Origin: Alphaproteobacteria bacterium
Lineage (GTDB): Bacteria > Pseudomonadota > Alphaproteobacteria > SP197
Assembly (NCBI GenBank): GCA_965228895.1
Contig: OZ245842.1
Span: 1,536,001-1,600,000 of the forward strand
Direction: 5' to 3'
Length of the DNA: 64,000 nucleotides
Positions 49,753 through 58,111 of this stretch are shown here, piece by piece. The notes below the pieces were generated by a model. It worked only from the letters and a program-made list of their open reading frames with translations, was not told where the DNA came from and did not search any database. The translations under genes were made by a program, and so were the position numbers. Numbering within the stretch: position 1 is the first letter of the stretch; every line of letters begins with the position of its first letter.

Positions 49753-50688
49753 TCAGAGGTTCCTAGGCGTCGCTTGCGCCATCTGACGCCGGCGTTCGCG
49801 CTCGCCGGTCAGTGTATCGCCGACCACGGCCGCCAGGACGAGGCCGCCACCGATCAGGGTGAACGGTCCGGTCGTCTCGCTGAAAGCGAACCACACCCAC
49901 AGTGGCCCCAGCACCACCTCTACGAGATTGAGCAGCGCGACCTCGGCGGCCGGCACGTAACGGGCGCCTACGGTGATGAAGTAACAGGCCAAGCCAAGCT
50001 GGAAGACGCCCAAGGCGACAGTCAGGCCAAGGTCATGCGCGGATAACGACAAGCCAACGCCGGTCACAACAAAACACATGAAAAGCGCCGCGATCGTGCC
50101 CAGCAGACCGCCAAAGGCGGCAACTGGCAGCATCTCGATGTTTGGTTTGGATCGCAACGCAACCAGAAAGACGGCCAGTCCCAGAGCAGCGGCGGCCGCC
50201 GCGACGTTACCCCACAGATGGCCGAACGAGATATTCTCAGCCACCATCACGGCCACGCCCACCAGCGACACGACAATCGCCAGCCACGTCGCCAGTCTGA
50301 CATGTTCGCCCAAGAACAGACGTCCCAGGATCGCGGCCATGAAGGGTGCGGCCGCCAGCAGGAACATGGCGTTGGCGACCGTTGTCGACTCAATGGCGAT
50401 GATGATGCCGCAGAATGCAACGGCGATGCTGACACCGCCGACAATCGTCGCACCGGCTGCCTGGCGAAACGTATTGAGGATCTGGCCGGGGTTGCGCCAT
50501 GCTATGATGATCAGCAAGAACACCATCATGGAAAAGGAGCGCAGGGCCAGAATCTGCCAGGCCGTCGCGTCCTCCATCATGCGGACGCCTAAACCCATCC
50601 AGGACGACGCCAACGCGCCCAAAAGGACGAGAACGATTCCTCGGCGATAGCCGCCGGAACGGGCCGGTTGGACCGCAACGACACTCAT
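49753..50688 (-). CDS. DMT/EamA-family transporter
   Basis: About ten TM in two EamA repeats, LFLGEHV, EVVLGPLWVW. Confidence 0.88.
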   Translation of the reverse strand: MSVVAVQPARSGGYRRGIVLVLLGALASSWMGLGVRMMEDATAWQILALRSFSMMVFLLIIIAWRNPGQILNTFRQAAGATIVGGVSIAVAFCGIIIAIESTTVANAMFLLAAAPFMAAILGRLFLGEHVRLATWLAIVVSLVGVAVMVAENISFGHLWGNVAAAAAALGLAVFLVALRSKPNIEMLPVAAFGGLLGTIAALFMCFVVTGVGLSLSAHDLGLTVALGVFQLGLACYFITVGARYVPAAEVALLNLVEVVLGPLWVWFAFSETTGPFTLIGGGLVLAAVVGDTLTGERERRRQMAQATPRNL

Positions 50689-50779
50689 GCCGGCATCCTT
50701 TCGGAAAGCTGGGCTGGAACGCGCCCAAATGAGCGAGCGCAGGCTAGCCGCGCTCCGTCAGTCTGTCATGAGTTTCGGT

Positions 50780-51949
50780 TCAGGCGGAAGCCCTGAAAAA
50801 GGCCCGGCACGCATCGGCAAAGGCCGTGGCGATGGAGGAAAGTTCGGTACCTGCCTTGCGCGCCAGGACGATTTTGCTGGCCGCGGCGTTGTCGGCGAGG
50901 GGACGTGCGACCAAAGCACGGCCGTCATAGGTCATGTTCGACGCCGGCTTGGTCGCGAGCAATGCGTAGCCAAGGCCATGACCGACCATGCCGCGGACCA
51001 TTTCGAGAGATCGTGAGCGAAAGCGGATGACCGGATCGTGGCCGCTCTGTTCGAACAGCGACAGAAAGTAGTCCGCGCTGGGTGGCGCATCGAGAAGGAT
51101 CATCGGTTCGCCTGCCAATTGTTCGAGCGACACGCTGGACCGGCCGGCCAGCGGATGGCCCTCGGCGAGCAAGACGTACGGCTTCAGGGCGTCGAGCGCC
51201 TCTTTCTCCAGGTCATCGCCGAGGTCGAGGTCGTAGAGAAGGGCGATTTCGGTCTCGCCCGACTTCAGGCCCTCGACGACCTGGCGCTGGTCGCCGTCGT
51301 GGAGTTGCAGTTGCGCTGCCGGGTGTTCGTCGACGAGGCGCGACAACAGCGCAGGCACGAGGTAGGGGCCGAACGTGTGAAAGCAGCCCAGGCGCAGCGG
51401 TTCCATTACGTTATCGGTCGCGTCGCCGCGCAGGCTGTGGATGCGCGTGGGCGTGCCGTAGGCGCGGTTGGCATAGATCAACGGCGAGCCGTGCGGCGCG
51501 ACGAAGATATCCTCGACCGCGCCCAGAAACACATGATGGGTACCGATACGTTCGCCGCTGACCATGCGGCAGTCGAACGCGACGAGGGGATCGACAACGC
51601 GCGGTGCCCCCGTGGTCTGGACCGTCCAATCGGCGCAAGAAAACTTGTCACCGTCATCGGTCTCGATCCGTCCGGCGAACGTATCGGAAATGAAAGACTG
51701 ATCGTCACGCAGCACGTTGACGCAGAAGACACCGTTTTCCAGGATTGCCGCAGCCGACGCGCTCTTGTGGTGCACACACACCAGCAGTGTCGGCTGCGGC
51801 GTATCCGCCGACACCGATGACATCGCCGAGACCGTTACCCCAGTCCGGCCGGCTGCACCATCGGTGGTCACCACGTTGACGGTGCAGGCGGCATGGCTCA
51901 TGCCGTTGAAGAACTGCTGCTTCAGATCGGCGTCGGTCAGGTCGTTCAT
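50780..51949 (-). CDS. HpaC/RutF-like flavin reductase fused to a LysR substrate-binding domain (no HTH)
   Basis: N-terminus VVTTDG, GVTVSAMSSVS, GTHHVFLG, PLIY; C-terminus LGCFHTFGPY, EPMILLD, LEMVRGMVGHG. Confidence 0.85.
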   Translation of the reverse strand: MNDLTDADLKQQFFNGMSHAACTVNVVTTDGAAGRTGVTVSAMSSVSADTPQPTLLVCVHHKSASAAAILENGVFCVNVLRDDQSFISDTFAGRIETDDGDKFSCADWTVQTTGAPRVVDPLVAFDCRMVSGERIGTHHVFLGAVEDIFVAPHGSPLIYANRAYGTPTRIHSLRGDATDNVMEPLRLGCFHTFGPYLVPALLSRLVDEHPAAQLQLHDGDQRQVVEGLKSGETEIALLYDLDLGDDLEKEALDALKPYVLLAEGHPLAGRSSVSLEQLAGEPMILLDAPPSADYFLSLFEQSGHDPVIRFRSRSLEMVRGMVGHGLGYALLATKPASNMTYDGRALVARPLADNAAASKIVLARKAGTELSSIATAFADACRAFFRASA

Positions 51950-51991
51950 CGTTATCGATCCCTAGTTTGTTTCCGCTCATGCGGAACCGTT

Positions 51992-52062
51992 GCCAGCCCA
52001 CTCCCCCGCCCGGCCACCCCGAGGATGCTGCCATGGGTGGTCGGGCGGGGGAGTGGGCTGGC
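51992..52062 (+). repeat. Intergenic palindromic element, copy 3
   Basis: 28-bp stem (one G.T) with loop CGAGGATGCTGCCAT. Confidence 0.85.
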
Positions 52063-52081
52063 CATGGCCACTAAAGTAACG

Positions 52082-53617
52082 CTACGCCACGTCGTCCAGG
52101 TTCTGAGGCAGCATCGGCGAATGCTCGGCGAACCAGTGGGCGATCGTGCTGTCGCTGGTGCCTGGCGCCTTGTTCTCCAAGGTCTGATCAGACAAGTCTG
52201 CGACTTTGTGCATGAAGCGCATCGGACCGTCCCAATAGAAGTTGCGATAGACCGCGGCCAGATGCGCGAACGGCGGCGATTGCGCGAACAACTGGAAGGT
52301 CAGCCGGTGCCCGGCATAGTCCGAGTTGAAGAGATCGCGGGCGACGGCCAGCAGCTTGCGCCTGTCGTCGGCGGCCCAGTTGTCGTTGATGGTATAGAAC
52401 TTCTGCAGCCACGCGCTGGACTCGCCGTCGCTGAACGAGGCGGCGTCGGGCGTGACGCAGATCTGTCCGCCGCACAGCTCGCGTGCGATATGGACCATCG
52501 CCGGCAGGTTGGAACAGGCGTGCACGCGGCCCGTATAGAGCATCGACTGGTTCGGCATCATGAGGCCGCCCGGGCTCTTCTCGGCCAGCGAAATGGCGGC
52601 GGTCAGATGGGCGTTGATGCCTTCGCGGTAGACCGCGAGCTGAGCCAGTTTCTCCTGCACGGCCTGCTGTTTGTCGAGGCCGGTCTGGCGCACGTTGAAC
52701 ATGGCCGCGCCGATCATCATGTCGGCGAACTTCAGGTTGCGCTGCACGAAGGCGAACGCCGAGTACCGGTGCAGGGTCGCGCGGATGAAGGTCGCCGCCT
52801 TGGTGTGGCGATAGAACAGCACGTCTTCCCAGGGAATCAGCACATTGTCGAAGACGACCAGGGAGTCGACCTCGTCGAATTGGTTGGAGAGCGGGTAGTC
52901 TTCCTTCGGCGCGCGTCCGGCAAAACCGGTGCGGCACAGCATCTTGATGCCGGGCGTGCCGAGATCGCAGATAAAGCCGACGGCGTAGTCCGACAGCGCG
53001 TCCGAACCCCAGTTGGCGATGGTCGGTTTGGTGAACGCCTGGTTGGCGTAGGCTGCCGCGGTTTCATACTTGGCACCGCGCACGACGATGCCGGCGTCGG
53101 TCTCCTTGACCACGTGCAGCAGCATGTCCGGGTCCTGCTCCTGGGGCGGCTTGGAACGGTCGCCCTTGGGATCGGTGTTGGCGGAGACGTGGAACGGGTC
53201 ACCCTTCACCACCTTGTCGATGTGCCGGCGGATGTTCTCGGAGAACTGCGGGTCGACCTCGTTCAAGACGTCTTGACCGTCGAACAGGGACCACATTTCG
53301 CCGACCGTCTCGTCGCCGACGCGGGTGACGACGCCGTTGATGTCTTCGAACACCGCGTCCGTCGAGCGGCGTTTTTCCCACCAGTCCTTCTCGGTCCGCG
53401 GCGGCTTCAGGCCAACGGCGAACTTTTCGCCGTCCTCCTCATAGGTCATGACATCGGCGGTGGCGGGGTCGTGCGCCATGTCATAGATGCGCGCCCGGAT
53501 ATCGACCAGGGGTTTGAACATGGGATGCGACGGCACGTCCTTGACCTTCTCGCCGTTGACGTAGACCTGCCGGTCGTCGCGAATGGAATCGATGTACTCC
53601 TGGCCCGTCCTGATCAT
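52082..53617 (-). CDS. Second HpaB/PvcC-family monooxygenase oxygenase component (paralogue of 35074..36525)
   Basis: Long identical stretches with the first copy (FHVSANTDPKGDRSK, GAKYETAAAYA, QTGLDKQQAVQEKLAQLA). Confidence 0.88.
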   Translation of the reverse strand: MIRTGQEYIDSIRDDRQVYVNGEKVKDVPSHPMFKPLVDIRARIYDMAHDPATADVMTYEEDGEKFAVGLKPPRTEKDWWEKRRSTDAVFEDINGVVTRVGDETVGEMWSLFDGQDVLNEVDPQFSENIRRHIDKVVKGDPFHVSANTDPKGDRSKPPQEQDPDMLLHVVKETDAGIVVRGAKYETAAAYANQAFTKPTIANWGSDALSDYAVGFICDLGTPGIKMLCRTGFAGRAPKEDYPLSNQFDEVDSLVVFDNVLIPWEDVLFYRHTKAATFIRATLHRYSAFAFVQRNLKFADMMIGAAMFNVRQTGLDKQQAVQEKLAQLAVYREGINAHLTAAISLAEKSPGGLMMPNQSMLYTGRVHACSNLPAMVHIARELCGGQICVTPDAASFSDGESSAWLQKFYTINDNWAADDRRKLLAVARDLFNSDYAGHRLTFQLFAQSPPFAHLAAVYRNFYWDGPMRFMHKVADLSDQTLENKAPGTSDSTIAHWFAEHSPMLPQNLDDVA

Positions 53618-53712
53618 CGCCTGCTCCTCGTTTCGGGAATAGATCGGGGAGGGCGGTCCGGCCGGCCCTCACGCTTCGATGCGGGGAACGTGGACGATCA
53701 CGCTGGTTCCGT

Positions 53713-53752
53713 AAAATATAACTTTCCCAAGCGTAGGATAGTTTTTTCTAAT
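53713..53752 (-). promoter_or_regulatory. Putative LysR operator/promoter motif, copy B
   Basis: - strand ATTAGAAAAAACTAT-CCTA-N13-TATATTTT, same spacing as copy A. Confidence 0.6.
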
Positions 53753-53837
53753 GATTTGACATGATGCCGTTCAATGTACGCAGTGGCAGGTCGCGTGACT
53801 GTGCGTATCATGCGGTTGGTTGTGGGGCGCGGTGCTG

Positions 53838-54539
53838 ATGACGGACCTTCTGGTCGTTCTGACTCCGATTGGACTGCTGGACAGTACGTCCATCATCCCC
53901 TTGTGCATTGTCTTGCTCGTCATGCTGCTGGCAGGGCCCAATCCACTGGTCAGGTCATGCGCGCTGATCCTGGGAATTTTCGTCGCCTACCTCGCGTTCG
54001 GCCTCCTCGTTCTCTTCGGTTTGCAGACGATCATTGACGAGGTCGAGGTTTACATCGACCGACTGTGGACCAATCCAAATCTCGAAGAACTGATCCTTCA
54101 GATCATCATCGGGATGGTGCTATGCGTGGTGGCATGGCGCATGATCGCAAAGGACAAGAAAAGAGCCGACAAACCCGCACCGTCTTCCTTGACGGCCGTC
54201 CAGGCCTTCACGTCAGGCGCGGTCTTGACCATTGTCGGGTTGCCGGGCGCCGTGCCGTATTTCGCCGCGATCGAGCTGACGTTGCGTGCGGAACTGGCGA
54301 TGGCGGAAGAGATCATCGCGCTGGTCTTCTACAATGTCGTCTTCGTTCTGCCGATCGCGGCGATCGTCGTCCTGCGCGCTATCCTCGGAGACCGCAGCCA
54401 ACGCCTGTTCGACAGGATCAAGGTGTTTTTCGACACGTGGGGTCAGCGGGTGATCGTCGCCTTGCTGATCGTGCTCGGCGTGATCCTCATACTTGACGGT
54501 ATCGGCTGGCTCGTCGGCTATCCGTTGATCCCGGTCTAG
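53838..54539 (+). CDS. GAP/Sap-family (LysE-superfamily) membrane protein
   Basis: GLLDSTS, PGAVPYFAA, LVFYNVVFVLP; about six TM. Confidence 0.7.
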   Translation: MTDLLVVLTPIGLLDSTSIIPLCIVLLVMLLAGPNPLVRSCALILGIFVAYLAFGLLVLFGLQTIIDEVEVYIDRLWTNPNLEELILQIIIGMVLCVVAWRMIAKDKKRADKPAPSSLTAVQAFTSGAVLTIVGLPGAVPYFAAIELTLRAELAMAEEIIALVFYNVVFVLPIAAIVVLRAILGDRSQRLFDRIKVFFDTWGQRVIVALLIVLGVILILDGIGWLVGYPLIPV

Positions 54540-54557
54540 ATCCGGCGACAGATCGGC

Positions 54558-55298
54558 CTAAGCCGCCCTCTTTAAAGCGCCATCGAAGTCACTGCGCCAG
54601 GCGGCGAAGCCAACGACGTAGTTGTAGCCGCAAACGGTCTTGAGATCGCGACCGTCGACAATGTCGACGATTCGGTCGGCGCATTCCCGCGTGGCGTCCT
54701 TCGGCCCGTGGGGGTTGAGACGCATCTTCGCGCCGGGCGGAAAGGCGTAGTCGCAGGCGAACAGCACGTCACCCAGAATGTACATCGTCCAGCCAGGTGA
54801 ATGGCCGCCGATATGAAAGGCTTCGAGGTCGCCGTGTTTGAAGTCGCCAGTGAACTTGTCGTCGACAGGGAAAGCCGCGACCAGCGGATTGGCGGCGTCC
54901 GCCTCATGCAGGTGGACCTTGCAGTCCCATAGCGCGCGGTACTGGTTCGACGCGCCCAGGAAGTCCTTGTGGGTGAAGAAGATGTGGTCGACCGGCTGAA
55001 GATTTCGGTTGAAGGCGGACGGACAGTCGATCCATAAGGCGCCATTCTTGCCTTCGATACGATAGGCCGCGTGTTCGATGCCCAGGCGCGGCTGGGACAT
55101 CAATTGGGTCACCCGGTCTGTCACCGGCTTGGGCGTCACCGTATAGCCCTGCTCGGTCTCATCCCACGTTTTGAACTTGTCATGGCGTGCGCCGCAGAAC
55201 GGGCAGACATCCGGCATCTCGCCGATCATGTTGTAACCGCAGGTCAGGCACACCCATTGCTGGGTGGGAAAGTTCATGGGTAAGGGTCTGTCGAGCAT
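54558..55298 (-). CDS. Rubredoxin-like domain fused to a metallo-beta-lactamase-fold protein
   Basis: CLTC-x12-CPFC; FFTHKD, LHEAD, GGHSPG. Confidence 0.7.
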   Translation of the reverse strand: MLDRPLPMNFPTQQWVCLTCGYNMIGEMPDVCPFCGARHDKFKTWDETEQGYTVTPKPVTDRVTQLMSQPRLGIEHAAYRIEGKNGALWIDCPSAFNRNLQPVDHIFFTHKDFLGASNQYRALWDCKVHLHEADAANPLVAAFPVDDKFTGDFKHGDLEAFHIGGHSPGWTMYILGDVLFACDYAFPPGAKMRLNPHGPKDATRECADRIVDIVDGRDLKTVCGYNYVVGFAAWRSDFDGALKRAA

Positions 55299-55327
55299 GG
55301 TGTGCTCCCCATATCTGTCAGAGCAGG

Positions 55328-56848
55328 TCAGCGGTCGAAGCGCAGGACGTCGCGCGCTTCGGCTTCGTGCCAGTTGCCACGATAATAACGCACGGCGGCG
55401 TCGTCGAACGGCTGGAAATCGACGGGCGTGCGCTTGCCGGTCATCAAAGCCTTGTTGACCAAGGCGTTGCGGCGCTGCTTGGTCAGGATGCGTTCAGTCA
55501 GCGCCTTGAGCGGCCAGCGCTGGCGCACCTCCGACTCGAAGCCCTCGACCTCCGCCTTACAGTCTAGATCGTGCACCAAATTGTCCCGTTCATCGGGGTC
55601 GTCGGCGAGGTCGAAGAGAGAGCAGGGGCCGCCCTCCCAATGCACGAACTTCCTGGTGCCCCGCCGGATCATGACGCCAGGCGCCCTTACGCCTTCGAAA
55701 AAGATCTCCGATGCCGTTTCGTCCCGCCAGGCCGCGCCGTCGCCGGTGATCAGCGGCATCAGGCTGCGCCCTTCGACCGGCTCGACCAACGCGTCGGTGC
55801 CGCCGTCGAGTGCCATGTCGAGCAGGGTCGGCATCAGATCGATCAGCGATGTTGCCTGGGCAACACGGCGCGTACCCGTCATGCCGGGGATGTGCACCAT
55901 CAGCGGCACGCGCGCTGAGCGTTCGTAGAAGCTCATCTTGTACCAGCAGCCGCGCTCGCCCAGCATGTCGCCGTGATCGGCGGTGAAGATGATGATCGTG
56001 TTGTCGTTCAGACGCGCGGCTTGCAGCGCGTCCAGCACCCGGCCAATCAGATCGTCGACCAGGGCAATCGAGCCGTAGTAGCCGTGGCGCGCGGTGCGGA
56101 TGTGCTCGTCTGTCACGTCAAATTCGCCGCGATCATAGTGGCGGTAGAGCCACTGACCGTGGGCGTCGCGTGCTTCCGGCGCGATAAACGGCACGGTGGG
56201 CATGTCGATATCATCGGCGCGGTAGCGATCCCAATAGGCGGGCGGCGTGACGTAGGGATCGTGAGGGTGGGTGAACGACACCTTCAGGCAGAACGGCCGC
56301 TCGTCGCCGCTTCGGGCGTAGTCATAGATCCAGCGCACAGCAAGGTGCGCGGTATCGTCGTCGTGATCGAGTTGTGTGCCGCGTTCGACGATACCCGCCT
56401 CGACGACATTCTTGAGGTCGTGGAACCAGGGCAGAATGCGGTCGGGCTCGTCCCAGATACCATACCAGTGATTGTCGGCCGGACAGATGTCGGTGGTCAG
56501 CCGCGTCTCCAACCCGTGCAACTGGTCGGGGCCGATGTAATGCGCCTTGCCGCTCAACACCGTCGCATAGCCGCCGGCGCGCAGATAGTGCGCGAAGGTC
56601 GGCGTCGACCACGGGTAATCGCAGCCGCTGTCGAAGACGTCGACCGCGGACGGCAGACGCCCGGTCATCAACCCCGCCCGCGCAGGCACACAGAGCGGCG
56701 CGTTCGAGTAGTGCGCATCGAAGATGACACTGTCGGCGGCGATAGCGTCCAGCCGCGGTGTCTTCACAATCTTGTGCCCATAGGCCGGCAGGAAGTGCGG
56801 CGCGAGCTGGTCGGCCATCAAGAACAGGATGTTGGGCTGGGTCGTCAT
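55328..56848 (-). CDS. betC: Choline-sulfatase-like sulfatase
   Basis: PNILFLMADQ, CVPAR (CxPxR), GPDQLHG, HPHDPY, DHGDMLGERG. Confidence 0.75.
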   Translation of the reverse strand: MTTQPNILFLMADQLAPHFLPAYGHKIVKTPRLDAIAADSVIFDAHYSNAPLCVPARAGLMTGRLPSAVDVFDSGCDYPWSTPTFAHYLRAGGYATVLSGKAHYIGPDQLHGLETRLTTDICPADNHWYGIWDEPDRILPWFHDLKNVVEAGIVERGTQLDHDDDTAHLAVRWIYDYARSGDERPFCLKVSFTHPHDPYVTPPAYWDRYRADDIDMPTVPFIAPEARDAHGQWLYRHYDRGEFDVTDEHIRTARHGYYGSIALVDDLIGRVLDALQAARLNDNTIIIFTADHGDMLGERGCWYKMSFYERSARVPLMVHIPGMTGTRRVAQATSLIDLMPTLLDMALDGGTDALVEPVEGRSLMPLITGDGAAWRDETASEIFFEGVRAPGVMIRRGTRKFVHWEGGPCSLFDLADDPDERDNLVHDLDCKAEVEGFESEVRQRWPLKALTERILTKQRRNALVNKALMTGKRTPVDFQPFDDAAVRYYRGNWHEAEARDVLRFDR

Positions 56849-56879
56849 AGCGGCGTCTCCCGAGATCCGGTCGATGCTA

Positions 56880-57620
56880 TCAGCCGTCCTTTCGGGCTGC
56901 GATCAGGAACTCCTTGTTGCCGTCGGCGCCGGTGACCGGGCTGTCGGTAATGCCGAGCACCTGCCAACCCGGCTGATCGGCGAGCCACGTTTCGATGTCG
57001 CGACAGACGGCGTCGTGTACGGCGGGGTCGGTGACGATACCGCCTTTGCCGACCTCGCTGCGGCCGGCTTCGAATTGCGGTTTGATCAGCGCGACGAGTG
57101 CAGCACCCGGTGCTGCCAGGGCAAGGGCTGCGGGCAGGGCGGTTTTCAGGCTGATGAAACTGAGGTCGGCGGTGATGATGTCGACGGGCTGGGGGATCAG
57201 CGTCTTGTCGAGATCGCGGACATTGGTCTTTTCCAGCACGGTGACGCGGGTGTCCTCGCGCAGTTTCCAGGCAAGCTGGCCGTGGCCGACGTCGACGGCA
57301 TAGACGCTGGACGCGCCTCTGACGAGCAGCACGTCGGTGAAGCCGCCGGTTGAGGCGCCCAGATCGAGCGCCGTCTTGCCCGCGACATCCAGACCGAAAT
57401 GGGTGAGCGCGTGATCGAGCTTCAGGCCACCGCGGCCGACCCAGGGGTGGTCCTTGCCGCGCAGTTCCAAATCCGTGTCGTCGGCAAGCTGGTGGCCGGG
57501 TTTATCGAGGCGTTTGTCGGCGGAAAACACCAAGCCGGCCATGATCAGGGCCTGGGCGCGGGTGCGGTTTTCGGCGAGGCCCCGTTCGACCAGAAGTTGG
57601 TCGAGGCGCCGCTTGGTCAC
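56880..57620 (-). CDS. tlyA: TlyA-family rRNA methyltransferase
   Basis: S4 domain RLDQLL, GRGGLKL, DLGASTGGFT, LIKPQFE; GTG start overlapping the upstream stop. Confidence 0.92.
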   Translation of the reverse strand: MTKRRLDQLLVERGLAENRTRAQALIMAGLVFSADKRLDKPGHQLADDTDLELRGKDHPWVGRGGLKLDHALTHFGLDVAGKTALDLGASTGGFTDVLLVRGASSVYAVDVGHGQLAWKLREDTRVTVLEKTNVRDLDKTLIPQPVDIITADLSFISLKTALPAALALAAPGAALVALIKPQFEAGRSEVGKGGIVTDPAVHDAVCRDIETWLADQPGWQVLGITDSPVTGADGNKEFLIAARKDG

Positions 57621-58093
57621 CGGTAGAAGATGTGCGGGCCGATCTGAACGGTGCGCTCCAGCTTCGACGCCCAGGACGGCTCGACCTGGGTGTTGTGGAA
57701 ATAGAGCGCACCGTCGGTCGGGTCGGGGTCGTCGCCGGCCATGACAAGCTGGGCGACCTCGACCGCCTCGTCCCATTTTGTACTGTTTGTCGGTTCGTCG
57801 CTCTTGCCGTCGCACCACCAGTGGAACTGGCAGCCATAGAGCGCCCCTTCAGGCCCCTGATGCACGACGTCACAGACGGTGTCTGGAAACTGGGGGTTGG
57901 CCATGCGGTTCATGGTGACGTGACCGACGGCCCGCTGACCTTCGGTATCGCCGGCGGGCGCTTCAAAATAGATGTTGAGCGCCATGCACTCCAGCGAGTG
58001 GTACTCGGTGGGGCTGGCGACCGTGTCATCGCTTGGGGCGCAAGCAAGCAGCACCAGCCCGGCCATCATCACGACAAATGCAAAACGCTTCAT
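57617..58093 (-). CDS. SleB/CwlJ-like cell wall hydrolase, lipoprotein
   Basis: Lipobox LLAC, CMALNIYFEA, FPDTVCDVV, CQFHWWCDG, IGPHIFYR. Confidence 0.85.
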   Translation of the reverse strand: MKRFAFVVMMAGLVLLACAPSDDTVASPTEYHSLECMALNIYFEAPAGDTEGQRAVGHVTMNRMANPQFPDTVCDVVHQGPEGALYGCQFHWWCDGKSDEPTNSTKWDEAVEVAQLVMAGDDPDPTDGALYFHNTQVEPSWASKLERTVQIGPHIFYR

Positions 58094-58111
58094 GACTAAC
58101 AGGCCGCCGCG

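Noticed and set aside
48462-52062. The three palindromic repeats as a CRISPR array
   Set aside because: Copies are over 60 bp, separated by whole genes, in mixed orientation, and no cas genes are present
51893-53764. 623-aa + strand ORF
   Set aside because: Antisense shadow of the HpaB-family gene, typical of high-GC DNA; no recognisable motifs
57621-57818. N-terminal extension of the tlyA ORF in the track
   Set aside because: It overlaps the cell wall hydrolase gene; the S4 domain begins right after GTG at 57620
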